Shown here piece by piece: positions 40,957 to 54,164 of a DNA stretch of 64,000 bases. Position numbers and translations under genes: made by a program. Where the stretch lies: contig OZ024761.1 of the NCBI GenBank assembly GCA_964016885.1, positions 28,272,001-28,336,000 of the forward strand, written 5' to 3'. Position 1 is the first letter of the stretch. The number at the start of each line of letters is the position of its first letter. The stretch is from Eledone cirrhosa. Taxonomy: Eukaryota. The notes below the pieces were generated by a model, which was not told the origin of the DNA, searched no databases, and was given only the letters and a program-made list of their open reading frames with translations.

Positions 40957-41149
40957 TGTTGTGAAATGAAACGAAGATTTCTATAAAAAGAGGCAATCCT
41001 GGTGGCTGATTTGAAATACTGATAAATGTCTTAAAGTAGAAAAGTTTTCAGCTAACGAAACTACAGAACCACTTTTTGTACTGTTTGGAAAGACGGTGAG
41101 AAAGATAAATTTATATATTACACACACAGACTCATACATACAATATATA

Positions 41150-41208
<59 letters not shown>

Positions 41209-41295
41209 TATATGTATGTATGCATGGATATATATGTATATATATGTACACATTCATATACAATCATATGCATTTATAATGTATATATATATATG

Positions 41296-41379
<84 letters not shown>

Positions 41380-41494
41380 CATCGTTTTTATGTCCGCTCT
41401 TCCATACTTGCGTAAATACATATACATTTACATACAGTCATACGCATATATATATATGAATGTATATGTACTCATTTATATATATATATATATG

Positions 41495-41549
<55 letters not shown>

Positions 41550-41687
41550 TATATATATATGTATAAATATATATAATATGTATATATATAAATATATATA
41601 TATGTATAAATATATATAATATATATATATATAAATATATATAATATACATATTTATATATATATATAAATGAGTACATATACATTC

Positions 41688-41718
<31 letters not shown>

Positions 41719-41740
41719 CACAAACACAAACATATGTATC

Positions 41741-41782
<42 letters not shown>

Positions 41783-42082
41783 TGTATATGTACTCATTTA
41801 CACACACACACACATATATATATATATAGGTGTGTATGTTTTTATTCTATTATCTATTGGCTCCGATGACAGTCAATGATATGAAGCACCAGAAATGATA
41901 AAAATATATATAAAAATTATTTCTCCTGCCTCACTTCCTATTGTTGTTTGTTAGTTTTCTCTTGTTGTTTTACAAATTTATATGTTTTGTTTTTTACAGA
42001 TGCTGTATTTGATTGTCACCTCAGCTCTTCCTACCACCACCACCACCGCCACCATGGTGTTCATTATTATCATCATCATCAA

Positions 42083-42285
42083 GGGCGGTGGATTGGCAGT
42101 ATCAGTAGAGGGTCGGACGCCATGCTTTCCAGCATAGTTACGTCCCTTTACGATCCGAGTTCAAATCCCGCCGAGGTTGACTTTGCCTTTCATCCTTACG
42201 GGGTCGATAAAATAAAGTACCAGTAATGCACTGGGTAATTTGCTGGCCTTGTGCCTAAAGTAGAAACAATTATCATCATCATCAT
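42083..42285 (+). mobile_element. Family B tRNA-derived SINE, full length
   Basis: GGATTGGCAGTATCAGTAGAG A-box-like, GAGTTCAAATCC B-box, GACTTTGCCTTTCATCCTTACGGGGTCGATAAAATAAAGTACCAG central domain, (ATT/ATC)n tail. Confidence 0.85.
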
Positions 42286-42475
42286 ATCACGAAAATGGTA
42301 ATAACAATAACAATAACACCACCAATAATAATAATTGTTTCTACTTTAGGCACAAGGCCAGCAATTACCCAGTGCATTACTGGTACTTTATAATAATAAT
42401 GATTTCTACTATAGGCACAAGGCCAGCAATTTTGGGTGGAAGGGGAAGTCGATTAGATCGACCCCAGTACATGTG

Positions 42476-42763
42476 AAGGCGCATGGCTTACTGGTTAGAG
42501 CATTAGGCTTGCAATCGAAAGTTGTGAGTTCAATTCTCGGACCGGGCCATGTGTTGTTTCCTTGAGCAAGACCGTTTATTTCACATTGCTCCAGTTTACT
42601 CAGCTGAAAATGAGTACCAGCAATAGCTTGAGGTTTCACCCTGTGATGGACTGGTGTCCTCTCCAGGGGGAAGTCTTGTACTCTCAGTCGCTTCACGCCA
42701 TGAAACCGGGATAAGCACCGGCCAAATGAGCCGTCTGGCTTAAGACAGACTTTAGACTTAGAC
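42476..42763 (+). mobile_element. CORE-type SINE (family A) inserted into a family B SINE
   Basis: GAAGGCGCATGGCTTACTGGTTAGAGC head and ACTTTAGACTTAGAC tail; family B sequence resumes at 42763. Confidence 0.85.
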
Positions 42764-42764
42764 A

Positions 42765-43383
42765 GTGCATTCCTGGTGTTTTATTTTATCGACCCTGTAA
42801 GGATGAAAGGCAAAGCTAACCTGGGAGGGATTTGAACTCAGATCATAAAGGGGCGTAACTCTATGCTACAAAGTATGTGTCTGACCCTCTACCGATACCG
42901 CCAATCCAACCACCCTTAATGGTTTCTGATTTAGGCACAAGGCCAAGATTTCTTGGGTTGGGGAAAGTCGATTATATGGACCCCAGTGCATTACTGATAC
43001 TTTATTTTATCGACCCCGCAAGGATGAAAGGCAAAGTTAATTTCAGCGCGATTTGAACTCAGAAAGTATTATATTGGTATAATAATTGTTCCTATGTTTG
43101 GCACAAGGCCAGCAATTACCCAGTGCATAACTGGTACTTTATTTTATCGATCCCATAAGGATGAAAGGCAAAGTTAACCTCGGCGGGATTTGAACTCAGA
43201 ATAGCAAGGGCCGTAACTCTATGCGTCAAAGCATGGCGTCCGACCCTCTAATCCACCGCCCTTTTTTATTGGTATAATAATAATAATAATTGCTTCTACT
43301 TTTGGCACAAGGCCAGCAATTACCCAGTACATTACTGGTATTTTATTTTATCGACCCCGTAAGGATGAAAGGCAAAGTTAACC

Positions 43384-43436
<53 letters not shown>

Positions 43437-43645
43437 GTTTCGGATTTAGGGACAAGGCCAACAATATTTGGGGTGAGAATGTCAATTCAATCAACCCCAG
43501 TACGTTACTGGTACTTTATTTTATCGACCCCTTAAGGATGAAAGGCAAAGTTAACCTCGACGGGATTTGAACTTGGAAGGTAAACATCCATAACTTTATG
43601 CTGCAAAGCATGTTGGTCAACGCTCTACTGATGCTGCCAATAATA
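42765..43645 (-). mobile_element. Head-to-tail cluster of family B SINEs
   Basis: About 5 copies in the same orientation. Confidence 0.9.
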
Positions 43646-44027
43646 AAGATGATGTCTATATTGGCCACAAGTGCCAAAACATAAAGAACTCTACAAATGA
43701 ATAGGGACTGCAAATGGAGGGGGGGGGGGGGGGATTTGCATACATCTAATAAACAAAAAAAAAAAAATACAGATAAGTAAAATTAAAAACAAAAGAATTA
43801 TCTGAATGGCAGTAGTGGGAGTAACCACGGGTAGGATAATTTAGGAACCCCACAGATCTGAAACCACCCTGATTGCTTAGAGCACCATAGGAATGTGCCC
43901 CTCTCCCTCATCCTAATCCTGTCCTCTCTGAATTCTCCAGTCTACTATTCCTTACTTAGAGTAAGCCGACCCCCTCAGACCATCCACGCTACATTCACTC
44001 ACATTATAACTAATATACTGGGTGTGG

Positions 44028-44436
44028 GGTGGAAAGGAAACAGCACTTCCTTCATGACCCTCAGTGGAAAAGAAACAGGATTTCTCTCTTCACCCTCAGT
44101 GGAAAAGTAACAGGGCTTCTCCTTCACCCTCAGTGGAAAGGAAACAGGGCTTCTCTCTTCACCCTCAGTGGAAAGGAAACAACACTTCTCTCCTCACCCT
44201 CAGTGGAAAAGAAACAGGGCTTCTCTCATGACCCTCAAGGGAAAGGAAACAACACTTCTCTCTTCACCTTCAGTGGAAAAGAAACAACACTTCTCTCCTC
44301 ACTCTCAGTAGAAAAGAAACAGGGCTTCTCTCATGACCCTCAAGGGAAAGGAAACAGGGCTTCACTCCTCACCCACAGTGGAAAAGAAACAAGGCTTCTA
44401 TCTTCACCTTCAGTGGAAAGGAAACAGCACTTCCCT
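44028..44436. repeat. 35 bp minisatellite, ~12 copies
   Basis: Unit ACCCTCAGTGGAAAGGAAACAGGGCTTCTCTCTTC. Confidence 0.92.
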
Positions 44437-44499
44437 CTTAACCATCTGTCAATATAACTGACAGAGTGCCATCAATAGTAGTAGCAGCAGTAGCAACAA

Positions 44500-44544
<45 letters not shown>

Positions 44545-45119
44545 TAGTAATAGTAGTGGTAGTAGTAGTAGTAGTAATGGTTACTGATTCAATCCGTTGA
44601 TAAAGGGATTCTCGGAACGAAAATATAATCTTGTTCCATCCATTGTTTTCACTTCCATCTCCCTCCCTCTTGCCCTCCTCCTTCTCTTCACGCCCCCATC
44701 TTATCTCTTCTCTCTCTCCTTTCCCGCTGTCCATCTTCTCAGACATACCTCCTCTATCACACACCATCTTTCACTAACTCTGTGTCCCTTTGTTTCTTAA
44801 CTTCTACCTCTCCCTCCCGCTCTCTTATCTTCTACCTTTCTCTCTCTCTCTCTCCCCCTCTCGAATTTTCCGTCTCTCTCCTCCTCTCTATCTCATCTAC
44901 CTGTTTCTCTCCCCCTCTCTTCCTAGCTTTCTTTCTCTCTTTCATTTTTAACTTTTTCTTATTTCTCAATATTTTGCTGTTGTGTGATTATTGTCTCGTT
45001 TCCGAGAGATTTATTCAGCGGAATGAAGCAAAAACAAACACAAGAACAAATAAAGGGAAGGAGGGGGAGAAGAAGAAGAAGAAGAAGAAGAAGAAGAAGA
45101 AAGAAGAAAAACAATAATT

Positions 45120-45180
<61 letters not shown>

Positions 45181-45224
45181 AATTAGAAATGCTAAACACA
45201 AAAAAAAAATTGTTACAATCTGAT

Positions 45225-45708
45225 AAACAACGACAACAACAACTACAATAACAACAACAACATCAACTACAATAACAACAACCTTTAGACCAGAACAACA
45301 ACAGGGTCAACCACGACAACAACAACAACATTAGAAATAGCAACGACAATAACAACAACAACAAAAGTAGGAATAGTGACAGCAACAACAGGAACAATCA
45401 CAACAACAATGACAACCACAATACCAACAACAACAACAATAACAACCACAATACCAACAACAACAACAACAATAACAACCACAATACCAACAACAACAAC
45501 AATTATAACAACATCAACATGAAAAACAACAACAGTTATACCAGCAACAACAACAACAACAGCAACAATAATAACAACATCAACAACATCAAAAACAGCA
45601 ACAGCTACACTAACAATAACCACAACCACAAGACCAGCAGCAGCAGCAGGAGCAGCAGCAGCAGCAGCAGCAGAGCAGCAGCAGCAGCAGCAGAGCAGCA
45701 GCAGCAGC

Positions 45709-45802
<94 letters not shown>

Positions 45803-45865
45803 CCAGCAACACCAGCAACAACAACAACAACATCAACAATAGCAACAACAATAACAATAACAAAC
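45225..45865. repeat. (CAA)n/(CAG)n microsatellite
   Basis: Direct inspection. Confidence 0.95.
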
Positions 45866-46807
45866 ATATTGAAACAAGCTGCCCGAAATATGAAATAAAT
45901 AACGTAAACATATAACATACACACAAAACAAAATAGCAAGAACAAAACAAGGGGTATAGATAATAGCAATGATAACAACACAATATTGGTGGAAACAATG
46001 TCTTGTTGTTGCTGTTGTTATTGTTGTTGTTGTTGTTTTGACAGCACATAAGGGAGGGGAGATAACTAGAGATTAGAAGAATAGAGCGAAATTGTTAATT
46101 CTATATGAAAGGTGGAAGAGATGATAAATCAGGAAGGGTGGAGGTGGGCGAGGAGATGAGGATGAGGGGAGGGGCGTGATGGAAAGAAGAAAAATATGAG
46201 AAAGAGAAGGGTGAGTGAGTGGAGAGAGAGAGGGTGAGAGAGTGGAGAGAGAGGGTGGAGAGAGAGTGGAGAGAGAGGGTGGAGAGAGAGTGGAGAGAGA
46301 GAGGTAAGTGAGTGGAGAGAGAGAGGGTGAGAGTGGAGAGAGAGAGAGGGTGAGAGTGGAGAGAGAGAGGGATGAGAGAGTGGAGGGAGAGAGAGTGGAG
46401 GGAGAGAGAGGGAGAGTGGAGGGTGAGATAGTTGAGAGAAAGAGGTTTGAGTGTGGAGTGAGAGTGGAGAGAGAGAGAGGTTTGAGACTGGAGTGAGAGT
46501 GGAGAGAGAGAGGGATGAGAGAGAGTGAAAGGAAAAGAAATGAATTAGAAGAAAATAAGAAAAATATGAAGGAAATCGAGAGAAAGAAGTAAATGAGAAA
46601 GAAAGAGACAATATGATAGAGAGACAGAGAACAGGAATGAGAGAAGAAATTACGAAAGAGAAAGAGAGAGAAGAAATTATGAGAGAGAAAGAGAGAGAAG
46701 AAATTATGAAAGAGAAAGAGAGAGAGAACAGGAATGAGAGAAGAAAAGACATTGAAAAAGAAAAGTAAAAAATAGAAGGAAAGAGAAACAGAGAAGAAGA
46801 GAAAGAA

Positions 46808-47395
46808 AGAGAATAAGTAAACGAAGGAGAAGAGAATAAGTGAATGAAGGAAAAGAAAGAGAATAAGTGAACGAAGGAGAAGAAAGAGAATAAGTGAACA
46901 AAGGAAAAGAAAGAGAATAAGTGAACGAAGGAGAAGAAAGAGAATAAGTGAACAAAGGAAAAGAAAGAGAATAATGAAGGAAGGAGAAAAAAGAGAACAA
47001 GTGAAGGAAGGAGAAAAAAGAGAATAAGTGAACGAAGGAGAAGAAAGAGAATAAGTGAACAAAGGAAAAGAAAGAGAATAAGTGAAGGAAGGAGAAAAAA
47101 GAGAACAAGTGAAGGAAGGAGAAAAAAGAGAATAAGTGAACGAAGGAGAAAAAAGAGAATAAGTGAACGAAGGAGAAGAAAGAGAATAAGTGAACAAAGG
47201 AAAAGAAAGAGAATAAGTGAAGGAAGGAGAAAAAAGAGAACAAGTGAAGGAAGGAGAAAAAAGAGAATAAGTGAACGAAGGAGAAGAAAGAGAATAAGTG
47301 AACAAAGGAAAAGAAAGAGAATAAGTGAAGGAAGGAGAAAAAAGAGAACAAGTGAAGGAAGGAGAAAAAAGAGAATAAGTGAACGAAGGAGAAAA
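46808..47395. repeat. ~27 bp purine-rich minisatellite with higher-order pattern
   Basis: Alternating variants of AGAGAATAAGTGAACGAAGGAGAAGAA. Confidence 0.9.
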
Positions 47396-47996
47396 TGAAG
47401 AAAAGAATATTTTCAACAAGTCAAAGAAGAATGTAATAAAACTTAATTCAAGATATTGTATATTTCTGATATCACATAACAATATCGGATATTACAATAT
47501 TCAATCACTCTCCATTTCTCTTTCTCACACTCCTTCTCTTTTTCATCAATCTTCCTCCCTCTCTGTCTCTGTGTGTGTGTGTATATATATGCATAGATAT
47601 ATATCCAGGGGATGTAACATGGAGTTACTGTAGGTTCACCCGGGTGAGCACTCAATGTTTAGGTTCACTTCTGTGTTGAGGTGTAGAGCTAGACAGAGTG
47701 TATTATAGTGAAATAAAACAATGACGAGTGCTTACTCCTTTATTGCATTTATTGGTTGGTGACAAGCATTTCGCCACTAATCAGCTCAAGGTTTGATCTG
47801 TATCAAAACACATCACCAACCAATAAACGTAATGAAGGAATAACCACTTGTCCTTGTTTTATTTCACTATATATATATATATTATATATAACTGCTCTGT
47901 AGAACAACTGATGTTATTACATTGAGCTATTTATCTTACTGGTAATAAGGTAGTAATAAATTACTGACCTTCACTGTTTAAGGTTTAAAATATACA

Positions 47997-48333
47997 TCTT
48001 AGTGGCTAGAGCATTGGCCTTGCAATCAAAAGGTTGTGAGTTCAATTCTCAAACCTGGTGATGTGTTGTTTCCTTGCGCAAGACAACTTTATTTCACATT
48101 GCTCCAGTTTACTCAGCTGCAGAAATGAGATGATAAGGACTGGGGTCCATATCATTCCACTGCAAAGTGGACGTGGAGGTGCCACGGAAAAAAAGCACCC
48201 AGCACTCACTGTAAATGAGGTTGGTGTTAGGAAGGGCATCCAGCTGTAGAAATCAAACCAGAATCAGTTCCTGTCCCACCCTTGCAAGCAGGGAAAAAGC
48301 GGACGTAAAATGAAATGATGATGAAATGATGAT
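47997..48333 (+). mobile_element. Composite SINE (CORE head, second domain, RTE tail)
   Basis: Homologous to 28100-28413. Confidence 0.85.
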
Positions 48334-48941
48334 AACTATAAAAAGTTTAATATATACATAACCATAAATAGTATCCTTAATATTATATATATATATATAT
48401 AAAAGGATGAAAGGCAAAGCTAACCTCGGCGGGATTTGAACAAAAAGGGTCATAATGATGCTACACAGCATCATTATGACCCTTTTTTAGGGCTGACACC
48501 TTCAAGCATTTTTTAAACCCGGAAGGAGGCCATCCCTCTGCAAGTCTGAACACAGCAGATCTCATCCAGAGAACGATAGAAAGTGGGAAAGAGATAGAGA
48601 AAAAGAAACGACCGGTAGTTTTTTTTATTGACCTCGAGTGGATGAAAGGCAAAGTTGACCTCGATAGGATTTGAAGTCAGAGAGCAGGGAGGTGAAACGA
48701 ATACCACAGTGCAATGTTTCTGATCGTCACATGACTTTGCCAATTTGCCACCTGAATATCATCATCATCATCTTCGTTTAACGTCCATTTTCCACGCTAG
48801 CATGGGTTAGACGGGAGTTGTCCCACTTGAGGCAAGGTTGGTCGGGTGATCATGTCTCGCTCATATAGGACTATCTGGCAGGTTTTCTACGGCTGGATGC
48901 CCTTCCTAACACCAACCACATTTACAGTATATATATATATA

Positions 48942-49073
48942 TATTTAATATAGAAATGGCTTCTACAGGACTAGAACTGTTTCATTCAAAGGAAATCGTC
49001 AGAAGGGCTTTCCTGGTGATTTCCTTCAAATAAAACAGTTCTAGTCCTGCAGAAGCTATTTCTATATTAAATA
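48942..49073. ncRNA. Head-to-head palindromic pair of decayed hammerheads
   Basis: Minus arm: CTT-CTGACGA-TTTCCTTTGAAT-GAAA-CAG...CTG-TA^GAAGCC. Plus arm: GCTTTC-CTGGTGA...AAAA-CAG...CTG-CA-GAAGC. The consensus of the two arms is a complete ribozyme. Confidence 0.6.
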
Positions 49074-49171
49074 CTTAAACTCTACTATGTATTGAGTACT
49101 TTACTTACTATGGTTACCCCCGATTGAACCCAGGATACACACACACACACACACACACATATAGATATATT

Positions 49172-49385
49172 TATAACAAAGGAGTTGTGGTAAGGAACCA
49201 GATGGACCTTAACGCACCAGAGTACTCAATACTTAGGGTAGTAGAGTGGGTAATAGGAGAAAGTATGACCCTGACGGCAGAGCTCAAGCCGTTTCGACGA
49301 CTATTTCTGGACTAAAGTGGACTTTAGTCCAGAAATAGCCTTCGAAACGGCTTGAGCTCTGCCGTCGGGGTCATACTTTCTCCTA
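49172..49385. mobile_element. pLTR-like element with fold-back 49254-49385 and a hammerhead 3' half; related copies at 12545-12800 and ~30070-30120
   Basis: GAAACGGC ttgagctct GCCGTC (stem III plus GUC) in both arms. Confidence 0.55.
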
Positions 49386-50169
49386 TAGATATATTTATAT
49401 ATACATACATATATGGGTATGAACATGGATATATATTTCTCTGTGTGTGTGCATGTTTGTATATTTTTTGTGGTTCTACTTATATATATATACATATAAA
49501 TACATATATTATATCTTATTTCAATCACCTATATGAATTCCATAAATTCCATGATTATCTTTCTAAATTTTAAATTAAACCCCGTATCTCATGACTAATG
49601 TGATGTGGTGTATAGTTTTCAATTGATGGTCAAATATGTTAAAAGGGTTTTACTATGCAAATTATGTAAATTTATTCAATATAATGAGATTCGTTTATGC
49701 AAAAGAACTGGTGAGGGACCAAATACTCTTTTGAATATATATATCGCTCATAGTATAAAGTCGAAATAATGCAGTAAAAGTAGAGAACACGCTAATAATA
49801 TATTATAATTTTTAAGTTACTATTGTATTTTCACAGCAAAGGTTTTATCTCACATAATTATCATACAGTATTGAATCTATGAGATTTTGATATTATTTAT
49901 TTTCAGAATAATAATTTAACATAATTATGAGTGAACTGTTAGTTACAACCAGTTAAAACAGAAAGAGGTGAGAGGATTCCAGCTGGAAATGGCCAGCTTA
50001 AATGTTAAAGGGTTAATCCATCAAAATTTCTGGTCTTGTACCTAAATTATAAATCATTGTTGAAGGGTAGTTAATGGATGGAGTTCTTAGAGGGTTGAAA
50101 AAGTATTTAGCAGTATTTGTTACAACTCTTTACATTATAAGTTCAAATATTGCCTTTCATCCCTCTGGG

Positions 50170-50372
50170 GATGATAAAATATAGTACCAGTCAAGTACTG
50201 GGGTTGATAAAATATAGCACCAGTTAAGTAGTGGGATTGATAAAATATAGTACTAGTTATGTACTGAGGGCGATAAAATATAGTACCAGTTAAGTACTGG
50301 GATCGATAAAATATAGTACTAGTTATGTACTGGGGGCGATAAAATATAGTACCAGTTAAGTACTAGGGTTAA
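50170..50372. repeat. 33 bp tandem repeat (6 copies) amplified from the family B SINE core
   Basis: Unit GATAAAATATAGTACCAGTTAAGTACTGGGGTT inside a degenerate SINE. Confidence 0.85.
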
Positions 50373-50500
50373 GATAATCAACTTTCTAATTCCCCTAAAT
50401 TTGCTGGCCTTTTGCTAAGTGTAGAAAGAACTTTTTCTAAGTCATTTTACTTTAAAAATAAATAGAAAAGTCATTTGAGTATTCTGTTGCTAGCCTGTAT

Positions 50501-50898
50501 AATGACTAAGCAAACAAAAACCAAAAAAAAAAACAAAGAAAAAACGAATGTGTGAACAAGTTGAATTTAAGTGTGGTGTATAAATTCTCAATAATATACA
50601 CATTACAGAATGAGTTTCATTGTGTATAAAGATTGACTGAGTCTAAAAAGAAGCCATTTTAGATTCTAGCTTGTTATTTTTTCAAACTTGTTGAATCAAA
50701 TGACTAAGCAAACAAAAACCAAAAAAAAAAACAAAGAAAAAACGAATGTGTGAACAAGTTGAATTTAAGTGTGGTGTATAAATTCTCAATAATATACACA
50801 TTACAGAATGAGTTTCATTGTGTATAAAGATTGACTGAGTCTAAAAAGAAGCCATTTTAGATTCTAGCTTGTTATTTTTTCAAACTTGTTGAATCAAA
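50501..50898. repeat. Exact 198 bp tandem duplication of unique sequence
   Basis: AATGACTAAGCAAAC...GTTGAATC at 50501 and 50699, with AA microhomology. Confidence 0.9.
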
Positions 50899-51971
50899 CC
50901 TGTCAACTTCTGAAAGTGTAATTATGCTGATAATATATACGTTTGAATGGATTTGCCCTTAATGCAATTGAATCTATGATGTTTGGATTAATGGCAGATT
51001 AAGACCTTGAAATAGGAAATTTCCTTGGAATAACATTTAATGTTAATAATAAAAATATCCAGTCGTACATTAAATCAAAGTCGCAGTAATATAAATAGAC
51101 CACAATTCTAACCCATCCACCATGAGAGTGTGTGTGTACATGTGTGTGAATAGATGTGTGTGTGAGAGAGAGAGAAGGAAAGTGTGTATGTGTGTTTATG
51201 TACATGTGTGTATATACATAGGTGTTCATGCATATTTGTGAGTATATGTACATGTGTGTATATGCATGTGTGTATGAGTATCTTTGCGTTTCTCATATAC
51301 CAAGAATGAAGACTGCTAATGCTTAAAGACAAACATATCTGGGAAGAGGTAGGTGTAGCTAGATAGATGCCACGTGAAGATTGCTAGTATTCAAGGACAG
51401 ATAAATACTTGTAGAGAAAGATGAATGCTTGTAGTTAAATATAGGGAAATCTGGAGAGATGGTTAGATAGATCTTGAGAGATAGATCTAGAAATATTGAT
51501 AGATAGACAGATGCAAGAGGGATGGATGGAGAGATCTTGAGAGATAGATCTAGAAATATTGGTAGATAGACAGATGCAAGAGGGATGGATGGATGGATAG
51601 TTCTTGAGAGATAGTTGTGAAACAAAGGTTGTTGTTATTGGATAAATGTAGACAGATCTAAAGACAAATGAATCTAGATCTAGAGACATAGACATATCTG
51701 GAGAGATAGATGTGAATGAAGATTGTTAGAGGTTAAAGATAGATAGATCTAAAGAGAGAGATGGGGGAAGAGAGGGGGATGAGAGAGAGGGGGAGAGAGG
51801 GGGGAGGAGAGATGGAGGAGAGGGAGCTGTAGATCCAGAGAAATAGACAGATGTGGACAGATAAATAAATAGATACATGAATGGATAAATAGATAGATAG
51901 ATGTGGAATGATAGATATATGGATGGATGGATGAATGGATGGATGTGGAATGATAGATAGATAGATAGATA

Positions 51972-52648
51972 TGTTTCTTTATTAGCCACAGGGGCACAAA
52001 AGAAGGGGACAAATACAAAGGGGGAAGTTTACATACAATAAAAACGTGTAAAATATCACAAATGCAATTTAAAAGTTAGTCGATTTTCACCAATAGGGGG
52101 AGACATTTCATATGGGTAATACATACCCCCGAAAAAATGTGCAACCCTTATCTCCAGGAGTACGAAGAGTTTGTACTCTTTTCCTCTCCTCCTCCTTTTC
52201 CTTAACCTACAGGCTGATATAGAGAGATGGCTCATTCACTCGGGCCATTCTCGCCACTTTCACCCACCTTTCATAAAACTTGCTGGGGTACAGCACCCCT
52301 CTCGCCATCCTGATTCTTCTTCCAAAGTGGTATTTGAAAAAAAGAATCAGTTGTTGGCCGGAGAGAAAGGTGTCTGACCTCAGCCCTTTCAACCTTGTCC
52401 ACCATACAACCTCTTTCGCCATAGCTATCACACAAAGGAAAACTGCCTCCCCTTCGTTTTTGAAGGATGGTGGCGGTTTGATCAGGACAATGGACTCGGT
52501 GGTCAACCGGATTGGTCCCACCCGCGACAATAGTCATTCTACATAGCCCGACAGGTCGGTGACGCCCGGGCAGTGTATGAATGCATGCGCGACGGTTTCT
52601 TCGTCTCGCACGCACCTTGGACAGACCTTTTTTGCAGGGTCCCTGCCC
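51972..52648 (-). mobile_element. Tx1/L1-clade LINE 3' end inserted in (GATA)n
   Basis: zf-RVT-type VCPRCVRDEETVAHAFIHCP, AKEVVWWTR motif, AATAAA at the 3' end; ATAGATAGATAGATA on both sides. Confidence 0.8.
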
Positions 52649-53308
52649 ATAGATAGATAGATAAGTGTGGAATGATAGATTGCAAATAAGAAGATGTTTA
52701 GTGGTTAAAGACAGATAGATCTAGAGGTAAAGTGGGGGAGAGAGAGGTGTAGATCCAGAGAAAAAGACATATGTGGATGGATAGATAGATAAATAGATGG
52801 GTAGGTAGGTATGGAACGATATATTGCAAGTGAGAAGATTGTTAGTGGTTATATCTTTAACTCAACATATTTCATTTCCTGTATATTAAATACAGTAACT
52901 ATACAAATAAATTGGCAAGAAACTAGCTTTTGATGTTTAGAAGATGTGCGGTGGTGGTGGTGGTGGTGGCGGTGTTGCTTGTGATGGTGGTTGTAGTGGT
53001 AGTGGTGGGGGCGGGGGTGTGTGTGGGGGGGGGGGGGGGTGTCTGTGGCAGGGAGGTGGCCGTGGCTCAGCTCGTGTGTACGATGATGGTGGTGTCGTGT
53101 TGAATGTATGCTGCATGGTGTGATATGGCGAGGAAGCGTGGCATTACATACATATGTGTGTATGTATGTATGTGTGTATATGTATATATATATATATGTA
53201 TATATATATGTATGCATTAAAGATATATATAAATATACATATATATAAATATATATATATGTGCGTATATATGCATTAACATATATAAATATACATATAT
53301 TAACATAT

Positions 53309-53341
<33 letters not shown>

Positions 53342-53469
53342 AATATATATATATATATTTATATATATATATATATGTTGTAAGTATATGTGTATGTGTG
53401 TGTGTGTGTATATATATATATACATATAAGTTGTATGTATATGTGTATGTGTATATATATATATGTATA

Positions 53470-53528
<59 letters not shown>

Positions 53529-54164
53529 TAGTTATAGAGGTGTAGTTTAACCTAATGAGATTTATTTGTTAATTAGTGCTAGTGAGGTGATGGTGGCTCT
53601 GTGATAATTGGTGGTGATGGGGTTGTGGTGGTTGTGGTGGTGGTGGTGGTGGTGGTGGTGTTGTCACTAATGTTCCTTGTAATGCTGTGATTGGTGCTTG
53701 TGGAGATGGTGATGGTGGCACTGTGATAATTGGTGGTGATGGGGGTTGTGGTGGTTGTGGTGGTGGTGGTGGTGGTGGTGGTGGTGTTGGTGATGGTAAC
53801 AGTACTAAAGATTGTAAATACTTTGTTACCATGTTTAGAATGAAATACTCTACCGATAATTTTTAATTGAAAATAATCATGAAATAACTAACTTTCTGAT
53901 TATTTATTTGGGCTTTGGAACATAACTTAACAAAGGTTCTTACATAAAATTAGGGTGAAAGATTTTTAGATTAATATAAACGTTTTAAATTAAACAGTTT
54001 TCTATCATAAAACCAAGGGTGGTTTCAGGTGGTTTGTCAATGAGTGTGCAGACATATAATAGTATCTGATTTAGACAAAGGGCAAACAATTATGGGGGAG
54101 GTGAAAGTCGATTAAACCAACCCCAGTGTATAACTGGTACTTTATTTTATCAAGCTTTTAGCTC

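Noticed and set aside
42476-42545. tRNA-Cys-like gene
   Set aside because: Acceptor stem is not intact and the sequence continues into the SINE body; it is a SINE head.
45519-45842. PolyQ ORF, and the poly-Thr mucin-like ORF at 28671-29123
   Set aside because: (CAA)n microsatellites with no splice context or unique coding flank.
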